From an uncultured Treponema sp. (lineage in GTDB: Bacteria; Spirochaetota; Spirochaetia; Treponematales; Treponemataceae): a stretch of DNA of 41,610 bases. This document shows, piece by piece, positions 10,210 through 20,577 of this stretch; positions within the stretch are counted from its first letter, which is position 1, and each line of letters starts with the position of its first letter. The DNA is taken from NCBI GenBank assembly GCA_938029485.1, contig CALHGC010000149.1, forward strand, positions 1-41,610, given 5' to 3'. The notes below the pieces were generated by a model. The model saw only the letters and a program-made list of their open reading frames with translations, ran no database searches and was not told the DNA's origin. The position numbers and the translations under genes are program-made.

Positions 10210-10351
10210 GGCAAATACATCAGGCAGAGTAGATAAAAATCGCAGAATTATAGAGGTTGTGAGACCATTTGAGCCGCACAGCGGCGAAACTCTGGTTGAT
10301 CGGCCTCTATAATTCTGCGGGGCTGTTAAAAAATGGTCTGATGTATTTGCC
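10210..10351. repeat. Nested inverted-repeat element (MITE-like), 142 bp
   Basis: Outer perfect 14-bp IR GGCAAATACATCAG (10210-10223 / 10338-10351), inner perfect 16-bp IR CGCAGAATTATAGAGG (10241-10256 / 10304-10319), central GCCGC-ACA-GCGGC hairpin. Confidence 0.75.
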
Positions 10352-10393
10352 CTAGGGTTTGACAAACTCGTACCGATAAGAGATACTCAAACT

Positions 10394-10978
10394 ATGAATA
10401 TCGCAAATTTTTTTACCGCGACAAGAATGGTTGCGGCTCCTCTTTTTATTTGTATCTATTATCTTCCGCGTTATGTAGGAATATCGGAACAAACGGTGAT
10501 GCTTATCCTGATACCGTTGTTTATTTATATGGAGTTTACCGATTTTTTAGACGGATACTATGCCCGTAAGTTGAAACAAGTGAGCGATTTCGGTAAGTTG
10601 TTCGACCCTTTTGCGGATGTGTTTGCAAATCTGACTGTGTTGCTGGCGTTTATGCTGTCGGGTTATGTGCCGCTGCCGGTTTTTATTATTATTTTATATC
10701 GCGAATTAAATATTTTATTTTTACGGATGCTTGCACGGGGCAACGGCATTACCATCGGCGCTAAAAAAGGCGGCAAAACGAAAACGGTATGCTATATCAT
10801 TGCCGAAGGTTTTACGCTGCTCATTGAGCTGCTGATTGCTTTTTCTCTTGCGGAGAAATCCGTTACCGATACGCTGATTATTATCAATAAAGTGTTGTAT
10901 TGGATTGCCGCTTTATTATCGGTCGGTTCGTTTATCGATTATCTTGTGTCATATCGAAAAAGTATCCGTACCGTATAA
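10394..10978 (+). CDS. pgsA: CDP-diacylglycerol--glycerol-3-phosphate 3-phosphatidyltransferase
   Basis: CDP-alcohol phosphotransferase motif TDFLDGYYAR...FGKLFDPFAD; hydrophobic; promoter TTGACA-17-GATACT at 10359-10387. Confidence 0.93.
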   Translation: MNIANFFTATRMVAAPLFICIYYLPRYVGISEQTVMLILIPLFIYMEFTDFLDGYYARKLKQVSDFGKLFDPFADVFANLTVLLAFMLSGYVPLPVFIIILYRELNILFLRMLARGNGITIGAKKGGKTKTVCYIIAEGFTLLIELLIAFSLAEKSVTDTLIIINKVLYWIAALLSVGSFIDYLVSYRKSIRTV

Positions 10979-10988
10979 GGATATCTGT

Positions 10989-11987
10989 GTGCTGAATTTT
11001 CAACGGCCGATTTCTTTTCTCATCTTGCTGTTAGTGCCGACTTTTGCGCTGCTCCGGCGGACGGGGAGATTGCAAGCGGTATCGATATTGCTGCCGCTTG
11101 GAAATTGGAACGGGTTTGTTCCCGAAAAAAATCTGCGGGTGTATCTTGCGCACCGTATCTCCCAGTACGTTCTTGCGGCAGCCTTTGTATTCGCCGTCGC
11201 TACGCTTGCGGAACCGGTACGGCAAACTTCCGAAGCAATGTATGCCGGTTCGGGACAGGCGCTGATGTTTGTCATCGATACCAGCCCCTCGATGGCGGCA
11301 CAGGACATGGGAACACAGACACGGCTTGAGGCGGCGAAGCAGATTATCAAGTCCTTTGCGGAAAAATATGAAGGCGACTCGTTGGGGCTTACCGCGCTGG
11401 GAAGTTCCGCCGCCGTACTCATTCCGCCGACAATCGATCGGCACACGTTTCTGACTCGGTTGGATCAACTGCAAGTCGGTGAATTCGGCGACGGCACGGC
11501 AATCGGTATGGGGCTTGCCTCTGCCGTGCTGCATCTGACGCAGTATTCTGCGATTCCCTCACATATCATTCTCTTTACCGACGGAGATAATAATACCGGC
11601 GAGGTGCATCCCCGCGCGGCCGCGGATATCATCAAGCATAAAAAAATCGGGTTTTACATTATCGGGTTGGGGAAGTCGGGATATGCGCCGGTTAAGTATA
11701 TTGATCCCATTCAAAAAAAAGAAATTTCCGGAACGCTCAATACGGTGTTTAATGAAGCGGAGTTGCAAAAAATTGCCGGTTACGGTAACGGCCGCTATTT
11801 TTCGGCACAGTCGCCCGAATTATTAACGGATATTTTTAATCGATTTATTCAAAAAATACCGGCGACGCCTCCTTCAATGACAATGCGTAAATACGCGTAC
11901 CTTGACGGGCTGTTTTTATTGATTGCAATGAGCTGCGCGGTAGGAGCATGGCTGCTCCGCAGAATCGGAATGCAGGCGGTGTCATAA
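10989..11987 (+). CDS. batA: BatA-like VWA-domain membrane protein
   Basis: MIDAS motif DTSPSM, TRLEAAK, DGTAIGMGL, LFTDG; GTG start at 10989 with SD AAGGA. Confidence 0.82.
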   Translation: MLNFQRPISFLILLLVPTFALLRRTGRLQAVSILLPLGNWNGFVPEKNLRVYLAHRISQYVLAAAFVFAVATLAEPVRQTSEAMYAGSGQALMFVIDTSPSMAAQDMGTQTRLEAAKQIIKSFAEKYEGDSLGLTALGSSAAVLIPPTIDRHTFLTRLDQLQVGEFGDGTAIGMGLASAVLHLTQYSAIPSHIILFTDGDNNTGEVHPRAAADIIKHKKIGFYIIGLGKSGYAPVKYIDPIQKKEISGTLNTVFNEAELQKIAGYGNGRYFSAQSPELLTDIFNRFIQKIPATPPSMTMRKYAYLDGLFLLIAMSCAVGAWLLRRIGMQAVS

Positions 11988-12949
11988 TGATTGAATTTGA
12001 AAAACCGTTTTTCCTGTTGTTCATCATTGCTATTCTGCCTGCCGGTGCCGTTACGTTGTACCGCATAAAAAAATTAAAAGAAAGCTACGCCGCGGCGGGA
12101 GAGATTCAAACCATTATACGGACACTGCGAATCCGAACGGCGCTTTGGAGCATCGGCTGGCTGTTCCTCAGTATTGCCGCAGCAGTACCGCTCTGGGGCA
12201 CAAAACAAACCACCGTAGTTAAACACGGAAATGCGGTCATCTTTGCCGTCGATATTTCGCGTAGTATGACCGTCGCCGACATCACACCGAACCGGCTCGA
12301 ATTTGCAAAGCGGTATGTTTCCTTTTTGATAGAACGCTTACCGGAAACTGCCTGCGGACTCGTTACGATAAAGGGACTGGGTACGCTTGCCGTACCGTTG
12401 AGTTTTAATCATCAGAGTGTACTGACCGCAGCGGAAACGCTGTCGCCGTTCAATGCAACCTCGGCGGGCAGCAATCTTGAACATGGGCTGCGTGTCGCAT
12501 TGGAGGCTTTCCCCGAAAATCGATTGACCGGAAAAACGGTTGTGTTGTGTACCGACGGCGGTGAAACAATCGGTTCGGTGCCGCGTATTCTTCCGCGGTA
12601 TCGGCAAGAAAATATTCAACTGATTATTATCGGCTTTGGAACGGAAACAGGCGGCACGCTCTCCATCCTGAATGAAAAACACGAATCGGTCGTGCAAAAA
12701 AGTGCGTTGGAGGAATCTATTCTTAAACGCTATGCGGAGCAAGCCTTAAACGGAAGTTTTTATATTTCCGCGGCCGACCTCGGTTCGGCACAGAAGGTGT
12801 TGCAATCGCTGACGGAAGGCGATGCCGAAAGTGAGAAAATACGATATGTGCAAAAACCGGTACGGCGGACATTCGAGTGTACGGCGATGGCGCTCCTCTT
12901 TTTTTGTATCGGTCTTTGTGCGGGAGGTATCCGTGCTAAAAAAATGTAG
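11987..12949 (+). CDS. batB: BatB-like VWA-domain membrane protein
   Basis: DISRSM, PNRLEFAK, LCTDGGE; ATG overlaps the batA stop (TAATG). Confidence 0.8.
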   Translation: MIEFEKPFFLLFIIAILPAGAVTLYRIKKLKESYAAAGEIQTIIRTLRIRTALWSIGWLFLSIAAAVPLWGTKQTTVVKHGNAVIFAVDISRSMTVADITPNRLEFAKRYVSFLIERLPETACGLVTIKGLGTLAVPLSFNHQSVLTAAETLSPFNATSAGSNLEHGLRVALEAFPENRLTGKTVVLCTDGGETIGSVPRILPRYRQENIQLIIIGFGTETGGTLSILNEKHESVVQKSALEESILKRYAEQALNGSFYISAADLGSAQKVLQSLTEGDAESEKIRYVQKPVRRTFECTAMALLFFCIGLCAGGIRAKKM

Positions 12950-13625
12950 ACGTCCGGCTGCCGTCATATCACCCATATCATCACGTTCAACATTATTATC
13001 ATCGTTATTTAGATCATCATTTTTGTCGGTGAGTTTTATTTTTTTATTGATGACGATGTTTGCCCTATCGGGATGCAGCGCAGAACAGCAAACCAAAATT
13101 GCACACGTAAAAGGAACACTCGCATGGATGCGGAGCGATTGGAATGATGCCGTGTTGTATTTTTATGAGGCTGAAAGTTTAGCGGCGGAATTATCCGATG
13201 AGACCATAAAACCGTACACGGATTTTGCGCTTGCCTCTGCATATCTGATGCAGGGAGAGGATGAGGCTGCGTCCGGAAAATTACAAAATGGTTTCGAAAC
13301 CGCTCCGGATATTTTACGGGCGCATCGATTTTATCAACAAGGCATTATTGCGTTTCACTCAAAGGATTATGCGGAAGCGGCGGCATTGTTCCGAAAATCC
13401 TTGGAGCTGTCCGGCCGCGATACGGCGGCTAAGATTAATTACGAGTTGAGTAAAAAGTTGAGCGACACACAGCGAGAGATGCAGCATCAAGCTCCGCAAC
13501 AGACGTCCGAAGATCCCGAAGCCGATCTGACGGATTCGATTATCTTAGATATTATTCGCAAAAGAGAGCAAACCGAATGGAAAAAAACACAGCGCGAATC
13601 GGAACCGGCGATAAACGATTATTAG
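12933..13625 (+). CDS. BatC-like TPR protein (possible lipoprotein)
   Basis: GTG 12933 with SD GGAGG (ORF track starts at 12822); LSGC; TPR-like YQQGIIAF..DYAEAAALFRKSLEL..AKINYEL; bat operon position. Confidence 0.72.
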   Translation: MLKKCRRPAAVISPISSRSTLLSSLFRSSFLSVSFIFLLMTMFALSGCSAEQQTKIAHVKGTLAWMRSDWNDAVLYFYEAESLAAELSDETIKPYTDFALASAYLMQGEDEAASGKLQNGFETAPDILRAHRFYQQGIIAFHSKDYAEAAALFRKSLELSGRDTAAKINYELSKKLSDTQREMQHQAPQQTSEDPEADLTDSIILDIIRKREQTEWKKTQRESEPAINDY

Positions 13626-15250
13626 GACCTTTAGTATGCAGGCTGGTAGCGCGGTCGGCAACAATCTTTTTTTTCTTTTGTGCAGCCGCAATCCTCTATG
13701 GGCAGCAAAACGATTGTGCCGAGCATTTTATTGAACTCAAAACAGACGGTACCGAATTATCAATTGATCGTGAATTTGAAGTTGAAGTTATTATCAAACG
13801 CGATGCTCCTTATTTGCAGGGTAATAGCGATACGCCTCAATTTATACTTGAGCAGAGCGCAGATACGGCAGAGCTGATACAGAGCAGTGCGCTCCCCGAA
13901 CGAGACGGCCTACACCTGCGTTATCGGTATCGGTTTAACAAAACAGGCAGGTTCCGGTTCGAGCCGGAGCTGCAATGGAAACGGCAAAGGGTTGTGCTGA
14001 CACCGCTGGATATAACCGTGCACCGGCCGCGGCTTTCGGAACATACGCCGTTTTTATGGACGCTGTATTCTTCAAGCGGTCTGCCGGTTGCGGACGGCGC
14101 AGCCCTTGAACAAGGCACGGAATACATCCTGTGTTTAACCGCGGCCTTTTATTCGGCAGGATATACCGAACGCTACCTATATGCTTTACAAACCGCCTCT
14201 GAGCAAGCGGAAAACTCCAACCTCGAAGCCCCCCGTTCCGAAGCCGGTCGATCAGAAGTTTTCGGTTCTGTAGGAATCGGCTCCGAATCAGCCAAAGCCC
14301 AAGATGGCCGACGCGGCGCAGCTCCTCAGGATATGCACAGAGAGCTGCCGTTACCGGCTGAAATAGTCCATATCGAATGCGCTCCTTCCGAAAGCGCCGC
14401 GCTGAAACCGCTTGCACTCACAGAGCTGCCGTTCAATGCGGCTGTTTTAATAAATTCGGCGGCTTTGTCAAATACTGCCCTGTCTAATATTGGCAGTTTC
14501 GAGACCGACGACGAGCACTATGTTCTTGCCGCCTTTAGTTTGATACCCCTGCGGATAGGTGTTCAAAGCCTTCCTCAAGCTCAGATATTTTTTACAGCGG
14601 GAGGAAAAGCATTGAGCGCTCCTGCTGCGTACCGCATTGACCGGCAGGCAATTACGGAGGCTACCGATAAAAGCGGCGCGGACGGCTTCACCGCCGCTGC
14701 GTTTCAGTCGCTCCCGCCCGAAACGCAGTACAGCGGCAGCACTATGACCGAGCAAGAAAAAAGCGCCGCGGCAAAGCAAATAGCCGAATATCGTAAGCAG
14801 GAAGCCGCGGCGCTTTTTTCTCCCGCAATCCGCCGTGAACGCAGAAAACTGGAAGCTGCGTTGGAGATTGCGCATCCGCTGCCGCTGTATCCGCGCCTGC
14901 TCGGTATTCTTACGGCGGTAGTGTCCGGCTTATTGCTGATCGGTGCAGCAGTGTGCGGTTTTCGCAATAAAAAGCGATTTATGCTGCTTTGTATCATCAT
15001 CGCATTGTGCAGCGGAAGTTTCACCGCCGTACTGTTTCGGCTCATACTACGGCCGCAGGGCGTGTGCATTGAGGATGCCGGTGAAATAGCGGTGCGGCGT
15101 ATACCGGAAAATACCGGCAGTATCGTGCACCGACTTTCGGCAGGTGATAGCGTTATTATCATACGCAGGGCGCCGCAATGGTACTACATTAAAACTGTCG
15201 GCGGAGTTACCGGCTGGATACTCTCGCAATCGATTGTGCAGTACAATTAA
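13577..15250 (+). CDS. BatD/BatE-like membrane protein with C-terminal SH3b domain
   Basis: 557 aa; two C-terminal TM helices followed by RRIPE...WYYIKTVGGVTGWI; start uncertain. Confidence 0.7.
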   Translation: MEKNTARIGTGDKRLLGPLVCRLVARSATIFFFFCAAAILYGQQNDCAEHFIELKTDGTELSIDREFEVEVIIKRDAPYLQGNSDTPQFILEQSADTAELIQSSALPERDGLHLRYRYRFNKTGRFRFEPELQWKRQRVVLTPLDITVHRPRLSEHTPFLWTLYSSSGLPVADGAALEQGTEYILCLTAAFYSAGYTERYLYALQTASEQAENSNLEAPRSEAGRSEVFGSVGIGSESAKAQDGRRGAAPQDMHRELPLPAEIVHIECAPSESAALKPLALTELPFNAAVLINSAALSNTALSNIGSFETDDEHYVLAAFSLIPLRIGVQSLPQAQIFFTAGGKALSAPAAYRIDRQAITEATDKSGADGFTAAAFQSLPPETQYSGSTMTEQEKSAAAKQIAEYRKQEAAALFSPAIRRERRKLEAALEIAHPLPLYPRLLGILTAVVSGLLLIGAAVCGFRNKKRFMLLCIIIALCSGSFTAVLFRLILRPQGVCIEDAGEIAVRRIPENTGSIVHRLSAGDSVIIIRRAPQWYYIKTVGGVTGWILSQSIVQYN

Positions 15251-15326
15251 CGTGATTCGTGCGGTTTAATATCCGCCGTTCCTCTACCGCCACGGACGAA
15301 GAAGAAGGCATCATATAGGGGGGGCA

Positions 15327-16721
15327 TTATGCCACGGTTAAATTCTTAACCCACCGCTCTTTTTTTAATTGATGCTTTGCAATAAGTAGCTTGAGGAAGT
15401 CGCTGAGCTTTGCAAGGCCGAACATCGTGACGGGCGAAAGTGCGGTAAAGTAGGTGAGAATAAGCATCACCGGTAGGAATACTACAGAGTTGACACTGAT
15501 GTCTACCCATGCACCGAGTTGAGCATCGCCACCTGCACGGGAAATCGCAAGTTGAGTATTAAGGTACGACCACAGCGGCATATAAAGGGCGATAACCCAT
15601 ATAAGATTCCGCGTAATAATGTGCGAGGCGGGCGAAAGCCTGATAAACACCACGGGAATAAGAAAGACCGTCAGCGCTTCACAGATGCCGACAAAGATAC
15701 CGAAGAGAAAAAAGCCGGAAAGAAACCACCGTGCCTGCTTGCGAGCTTCATCTAATTTGTTCTGCCCGAGCGAGCTACCGACAATGATACGCACACAGGT
15801 AAAGATAACCGGAAAGATTAAAAAGAAGATGTTCGCAATTGTCCATCCGGCAGCCATACCCGCAACGACCTCCGCCCCGCCGCGGCTGTTGTACAGTGCT
15901 GCGACAATCGTTTCGGTGCCAACCCACGAAATATCCGAAGCAAACACAAGCCCAAGTTTTTTAAACATCTGCATGAACAATGCCCACCGAACTTTCCAAA
16001 GCAACAAAATCCTCACGTAGAACGCAGGCCTTTTAATACGCACATATACAAGCAAAATACACAGTTCTATACAACGGGCTATCAGCGTTGCATACGCTGC
16101 TCCTTTTACTTCCAGCCGCGGCGCTCCGAAATTTCCGTAAATTAGAATGTAGTTTCCGCAAGTGTTGATCAAAGTAGAGATAATGGCACCGTACATAATA
16201 ATCTTTACCTTGCCAATGTCACGCAAAGAAGAGGCAATCGCCGTTGAAAAAGCTATCGGAATAAAGGTTAAAAGGATAATATGTAGATAGTATTGACCTT
16301 CTGCAATGATTTCCGGCGCCTGCTGATTGCCGTGTACCAAAAAACCGAGGATATGTCCGGAAAAAAAGAAAGCGAAAACCGTAAACAGCGCGGCGCAGGT
16401 AAGCATCATAATCTGCTTGAATCGGTATACCTGCTGCATTCCGCCTGCATCTTTTGCACCGTTAAACTGAGACATAAACATGCCGCCGGTTTCGGCAAAT
16501 GTCCCGACCGTTACCAAAAAGAGAAAGGTAAATTGGTTAGTGATATTGACCGCGCTCATTTTTATGTCGCCCAATCCTCCGACCATAAAATTATCGATCA
16601 GAGAAACGAGGCTTTGTACAAAAGTCTGAATCATTACCGGTATGGCAAATCCGAGCGCCTGGCGGTAAAAATGAACCGGCCCAAGCAAAAATCTTTTATG
16701 TTGCATATTTAAAAACTTCAA
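15327..16721 (-). CDS. MATE family efflux transporter
   Basis: 464 aa, multi-TM; IDNFMVG, NYILIYGNFGAPRLEVKGAAYATLIAR; overlaps the upstream acyltransferase by 4 nt. Confidence 0.92.
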   Translation of the reverse strand: MKFLNMQHKRFLLGPVHFYRQALGFAIPVMIQTFVQSLVSLIDNFMVGGLGDIKMSAVNITNQFTFLFLVTVGTFAETGGMFMSQFNGAKDAGGMQQVYRFKQIMMLTCAALFTVFAFFFSGHILGFLVHGNQQAPEIIAEGQYYLHIILLTFIPIAFSTAIASSLRDIGKVKIIMYGAIISTLINTCGNYILIYGNFGAPRLEVKGAAYATLIARCIELCILLVYVRIKRPAFYVRILLLWKVRWALFMQMFKKLGLVFASDISWVGTETIVAALYNSRGGAEVVAGMAAGWTIANIFFLIFPVIFTCVRIIVGSSLGQNKLDEARKQARWFLSGFFLFGIFVGICEALTVFLIPVVFIRLSPASHIITRNLIWVIALYMPLWSYLNTQLAISRAGGDAQLGAWVDISVNSVVFLPVMLILTYFTALSPVTMFGLAKLSDFLKLLIAKHQLKKERWVKNLTVA

Positions 16722-17674
16722 ATTTTTTTAGAAGCTGCTTCCCATATATCAAAAAAGTTATACCACTGCAGCGGATATTCTAACACCTTTTCTTCCAATA
16801 ACTCAACATATTCATGCATTAACGCATGTATCATATCATCTTTCTTCTTTTTCTCCATTATTGCCGAAGATTTATACAGGAAAAAATCATACTTCGAAAC
16901 AAAAGTATCGTGTTCTCGTAATGCAAAAAAATAATACAACGGAGCTTTCAGTATAATGGGTAATAAAAAAGCTCCATAAGGTAATGCAATCATATCTCCT
17001 AAAAATGGGACGAGAACAGTTCTTTGACTATGTTCGGAAAGCGTCCGATCTCCTGCCATGACGATTATTTCGCCATTGTCGAGTTTTTCCTGCAATAACA
17101 GTGCTGTTTCAAGACCGACAGTACGGGAATTGATAAGATTGATGCCGAACTGTTTTTGAATTGAGCGCATAAACGAATTGAATTGAGGCGACATTGCCGT
17201 ATCGATGATGATGTTTACCTTAGTGTTATTTACGCCGTCTTTATTATCCTGTATTGCCAAAGCCCGCAGCAAATCGATATTGCCTAAATGGGAACATACA
17301 AAAAAACATCCTTTTTTTTCTTTCAGATTGGTGATTATCTCTTGATAAACATCACGGTTTTTTATGATGAGATCGGAAACCTTTATATCCTGCATCCACG
17401 CAGCAATGCGTTCAACAAGTGAAAGACTGAAAGAGTAAAAATGCTTGTACACTGTTTTGGCGGACGGTTTGGTGGCGGGCTTATATTGTGCAATACGTTT
17501 AAAAAATGCGGCGGAAACAGCCCGTTTAGCGGGAGAAAAACAATAATAAAAAAACGTGACCGGGCGGAGCAAAAGAGCAATATATTTAATGCGCAAAATG
17601 TTATAGATGAAAAAAAACAGACGCAGGGCAAATCCGTTACCGGATACTTCTTTCATCTTTGACCAATGCTTCAT
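16718..17674 (-). CDS. LpxL/LpxP-like acyltransferase (ApeJ C-terminal-half-like)
   Basis: HWS..KE N-terminus, SHLGNID, MAGDR, YPLQWYNFFDIW. Confidence 0.8.
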   Translation of the reverse strand: MKHWSKMKEVSGNGFALRLFFFIYNILRIKYIALLLRPVTFFYYCFSPAKRAVSAAFFKRIAQYKPATKPSAKTVYKHFYSFSLSLVERIAAWMQDIKVSDLIIKNRDVYQEIITNLKEKKGCFFVCSHLGNIDLLRALAIQDNKDGVNNTKVNIIIDTAMSPQFNSFMRSIQKQFGINLINSRTVGLETALLLQEKLDNGEIIVMAGDRTLSEHSQRTVLVPFLGDMIALPYGAFLLPIILKAPLYYFFALREHDTFVSKYDFFLYKSSAIMEKKKKDDMIHALMHEYVELLEEKVLEYPLQWYNFFDIWEAASKKI

Positions 17675-18447
17675 GAATGCACGCGTCTCCTAAGTGCGTA
17701 AAACAGAATAATCGGGAATCGGAAAAACATTTCGCAGCATAATAATGCGTGTTTTGCGCTCAAAATGACCGTATCGCGAAAAGCCTTGTAATGGGAGCTG
17801 CCGTCTTTAGGATAGGTTACTTCAACGGGCATATAAATAATCGACGTTCCGTTCCAATACAGGCGGGTTAAAAGCTCCATATCAATCGGCATCCTTTTAC
17901 TGATGAATGGGTTGCGATATATTCTCCATGTTTCTGTAACGGGATAAATTCTAAAGCCGCATAACGAATCGCGCACATTCGGTGTGAGTGTTGTAATAGA
18001 AACAAAAAAATTTGAAACTTTTCGTCCGTCTTTGCGTATGGAGGGAACGGTATCGTCGTAAATAGGGTAACCGATAATAGCATGCTTGATTGTTGTTTGC
18101 ATTTTGCTCCGATTTATAAACGCAGGAATCGTCGCAAGTCTGTGTTGATTGTCCGCATCAACTTGGAATGCAAAATCAATAGCGTGCTGTTTGCAATACT
18201 CAATGCCCTGTTTTATCGCCCATCCTTTACCGCTGTTTTTTGTATTGCTGATTAACACAATGTCAGGATGTCTGTCGATAATTTTTTTTAGGATAGCTTT
18301 ATTTTCTTGGTTACTACCGTCATCGACAATGATAAGCGGTATACCGAATGTCAGAAAAGACGGTATTGCCTGTTCCAAAAGTGCGGCGTGATTATATACC
18401 GGTATTAAAAAACAATACGTCCATGTATCGGAAGCGCTATGCATCAA
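17671..18447 (-). CDS. Glycosyltransferase family 2 (ApeJ N-terminal-half-like)
   Basis: LIPVYNH, IVDDGS, NSGKG, QVDADNQH, DSLCGFRIYP. Confidence 0.9.
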   Translation of the reverse strand: MMHSASDTWTYCFLIPVYNHAALLEQAIPSFLTFGIPLIIVDDGSNQENKAILKKIIDRHPDIVLISNTKNSGKGWAIKQGIEYCKQHAIDFAFQVDADNQHRLATIPAFINRSKMQTTIKHAIIGYPIYDDTVPSIRKDGRKVSNFFVSITTLTPNVRDSLCGFRIYPVTETWRIYRNPFISKRMPIDMELLTRLYWNGTSIIYMPVEVTYPKDGSSHYKAFRDTVILSAKHALLCCEMFFRFPIILFYALRRRVHS

Positions 18448-20210
18448 GCACCTTCTAAATGCAAAATACCGGAAGAATAATTTTTATCCGAATCGGAAAA
18501 CGAAAAAGAAAGCTTTCTTCCTTGCGGAAAAAAATCAAGAGAAAGTATAAGCGGCGTATCGGGATGAATCATATTCGTATATTTTAATTTTTTTGATGTC
18601 TTAATATATAAAGAATGAGAAAAAAGTTTTTTCGAAATATCAAACGCCGTTTTTACCTGTGCAACCGCTGGAAGGATATGAAAGCCGTCAAAATGCCCGC
18701 GAAAAAAGCGCGAATTTTCCGGAAAGTTGATGTTAATTTTTACGGAATAATGATCGCCGGTAAAATCAATGGGCTGTGCGGTGTACTCATACGGAGTAGA
18801 TGTATGTAACAAGCTTTCCAATTGTGTATGGTTGATTTTTCCCATTGCATTTTTCGGTATGGTATCAACTATGTAGATTTTCTTCGGAGCCAATGTTTTA
18901 TCAAAATAACTGTGTAGATAATCTTGTATATGCTTTTTGGCTGCCTGCTCGTTTTCCGTATATAGCGTATAGAGGTCGGAGCCTTTTTTTAAGACGATAA
19001 AAGAAACAGTTTGTTCGCGGCGGCTGGTTTTATGATAGATCGTATGGCAATCTGCACAATCCGGCAATGCTAAAAGCTTTGTGTCTATGTCTTTTAAGTC
19101 GATACGGCGACCTTCAATCTTTACCGTAGAATCCACCCGTCCGAGCAAGGTAAACGAGCCGTTATCGTTACACGCAATTAAATCTCCGCCGACAACGGTC
19201 CCGTCAAAATATGGGGAACGTGCGGTAAAGGTATTATCCGGAGCCGCCGATAGACTGACGCATGGAAACGGACACCATAGCGGATTTGTTCTTTGCTTAC
19301 GCCATGCAATACCGCCTGTTTCGGTACTACCGTATATTTCGATTGCTTCCGTTCCGAAAATGTCTGCACAATTTGAACTTCCCGCAGCATCAAGCGCACC
19401 TGCAGAAGAGAAAACCGTCCACTGTGTGGAAGTCGGCAAGGGGATTTTGACAACCCTTTTTAAGAAAGCGGGGCTGCTTACAAAAGTAATTTTTTTCCAC
19501 GACGAAAAACCGGCGCATGTTTCCAGATAGTTAATGCGACTTGAGAAAATCGGGCATTGTACGGCAAATGGAAGTAAAACGTAAAATAAAAAACCGTATA
19601 CGTGATAATGAAACACGGATGTTAAGAACAAACTATCGGTTATGTCTTCTCCAAAGCACGTGAACAATTCTTCAACTTCCCGTTCAAGGTGAGAAAACTT
19701 TTTCTCGATAATCTTCGGTTTTCCGGTACTGCCGGAAGTATAAAAATGAATGTCTGCAGAAGGGCTGATCGTTAGTCCTTTTAACATTGAACAATCGAGA
19801 CACTCCGTAGTCGCTGCATTCGCACTATTGCATAGCAACAATTGTGAAACACTCAGTTGAGTCTCTGATGAATCGGAAACAAAAAACGCATCATCATTAA
19901 AAATATCTTTGATATACGCGTATTTATTTGTATTGAGTAAACAAACTTTCTTTTTTGCCAACAAGGCAGTAAAGAAAATAACCATAAACTCATAGATCTT
20001 TTCCGAAAAGATCAAAAAAGACGATTCCGAACGTGCAGAAAAATATGGATATACTGTTGCAATATCATGCACAAAATCGCCGACAGTTTTATTATCCGTA
20101 TCCGAACTATCTATAAGAAAAGGCTCGGATGAATCCCGTAAGCTATAAAAATCCGTTTCACTCAGTAATTTAAGCATCGACCGTCCTTCATTCACAATAT
20201 CGGCTCTCAC
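18444..20210 (-). CDS. AMP-binding acyl-ACP/CoA synthetase fused to a FabA-like dehydratase (ApeH-ApeI-like)
   Basis: YTSGSTGKPK, EIYGSTETGG, GRVD..VKIEGRRI, PKNAMGK; C-terminal FFRGHFDGFHILPAVAQV hot-dog motif. Confidence 0.85.
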   Translation of the reverse strand: MRADIVNEGRSMLKLLSETDFYSLRDSSEPFLIDSSDTDNKTVGDFVHDIATVYPYFSARSESSFLIFSEKIYEFMVIFFTALLAKKKVCLLNTNKYAYIKDIFNDDAFFVSDSSETQLSVSQLLLCNSANAATTECLDCSMLKGLTISPSADIHFYTSGSTGKPKIIEKKFSHLEREVEELFTCFGEDITDSLFLTSVFHYHVYGFLFYVLLPFAVQCPIFSSRINYLETCAGFSSWKKITFVSSPAFLKRVVKIPLPTSTQWTVFSSAGALDAAGSSNCADIFGTEAIEIYGSTETGGIAWRKQRTNPLWCPFPCVSLSAAPDNTFTARSPYFDGTVVGGDLIACNDNGSFTLLGRVDSTVKIEGRRIDLKDIDTKLLALPDCADCHTIYHKTSRREQTVSFIVLKKGSDLYTLYTENEQAAKKHIQDYLHSYFDKTLAPKKIYIVDTIPKNAMGKINHTQLESLLHTSTPYEYTAQPIDFTGDHYSVKININFPENSRFFRGHFDGFHILPAVAQVKTAFDISKKLFSHSLYIKTSKKLKYTNMIHPDTPLILSLDFFPQGRKLSFSFSDSDKNYSSGILHLEGA

Positions 20211-20224
20211 TCTGTCGATGTTTT

Positions 20225-20464
20225 TTATACGGCGCTACAAATAACATCGAGAATTTCAGAAAGTGTTCTTTTGTCTTTAAAATCCGCCGCCGATACATTT
20301 AGCTTCAGCATATTATTCAACGTAACAATCAAATCGATAATATCGATACTGTCAAGATCAAGATCGGTAACGATATTTGAATCCATCGTAATTTTCGATT
20401 CTTCGATTTCAAATTTTTCCGTCATAATTTTTTTTACTTCTTCAAAGAGTTCCTCTTTTTTCAT
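20225..20464 (-). CDS. Acyl carrier protein (ApeF-like)
   Basis: 79 aa, acidic, DLDLDSIDIIDL phosphopantetheine site; SD AGGAG. Confidence 0.92.
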   Translation of the reverse strand: MKKEELFEEVKKIMTEKFEIEESKITMDSNIVTDLDLDSIDIIDLIVTLNNMLKLNVSAADFKDKRTLSEILDVICSAV

Positions 20465-20577
20465 GTTCTACTCCTATCTTTATCATATTGAGCATCTGTG
20501 AACTAAAATTGATTTTTTGAGATGCCGTTTATTATTTTGCTAACCTGCGTTTGTACTTTTGCCGTCGCACTGAGCGT

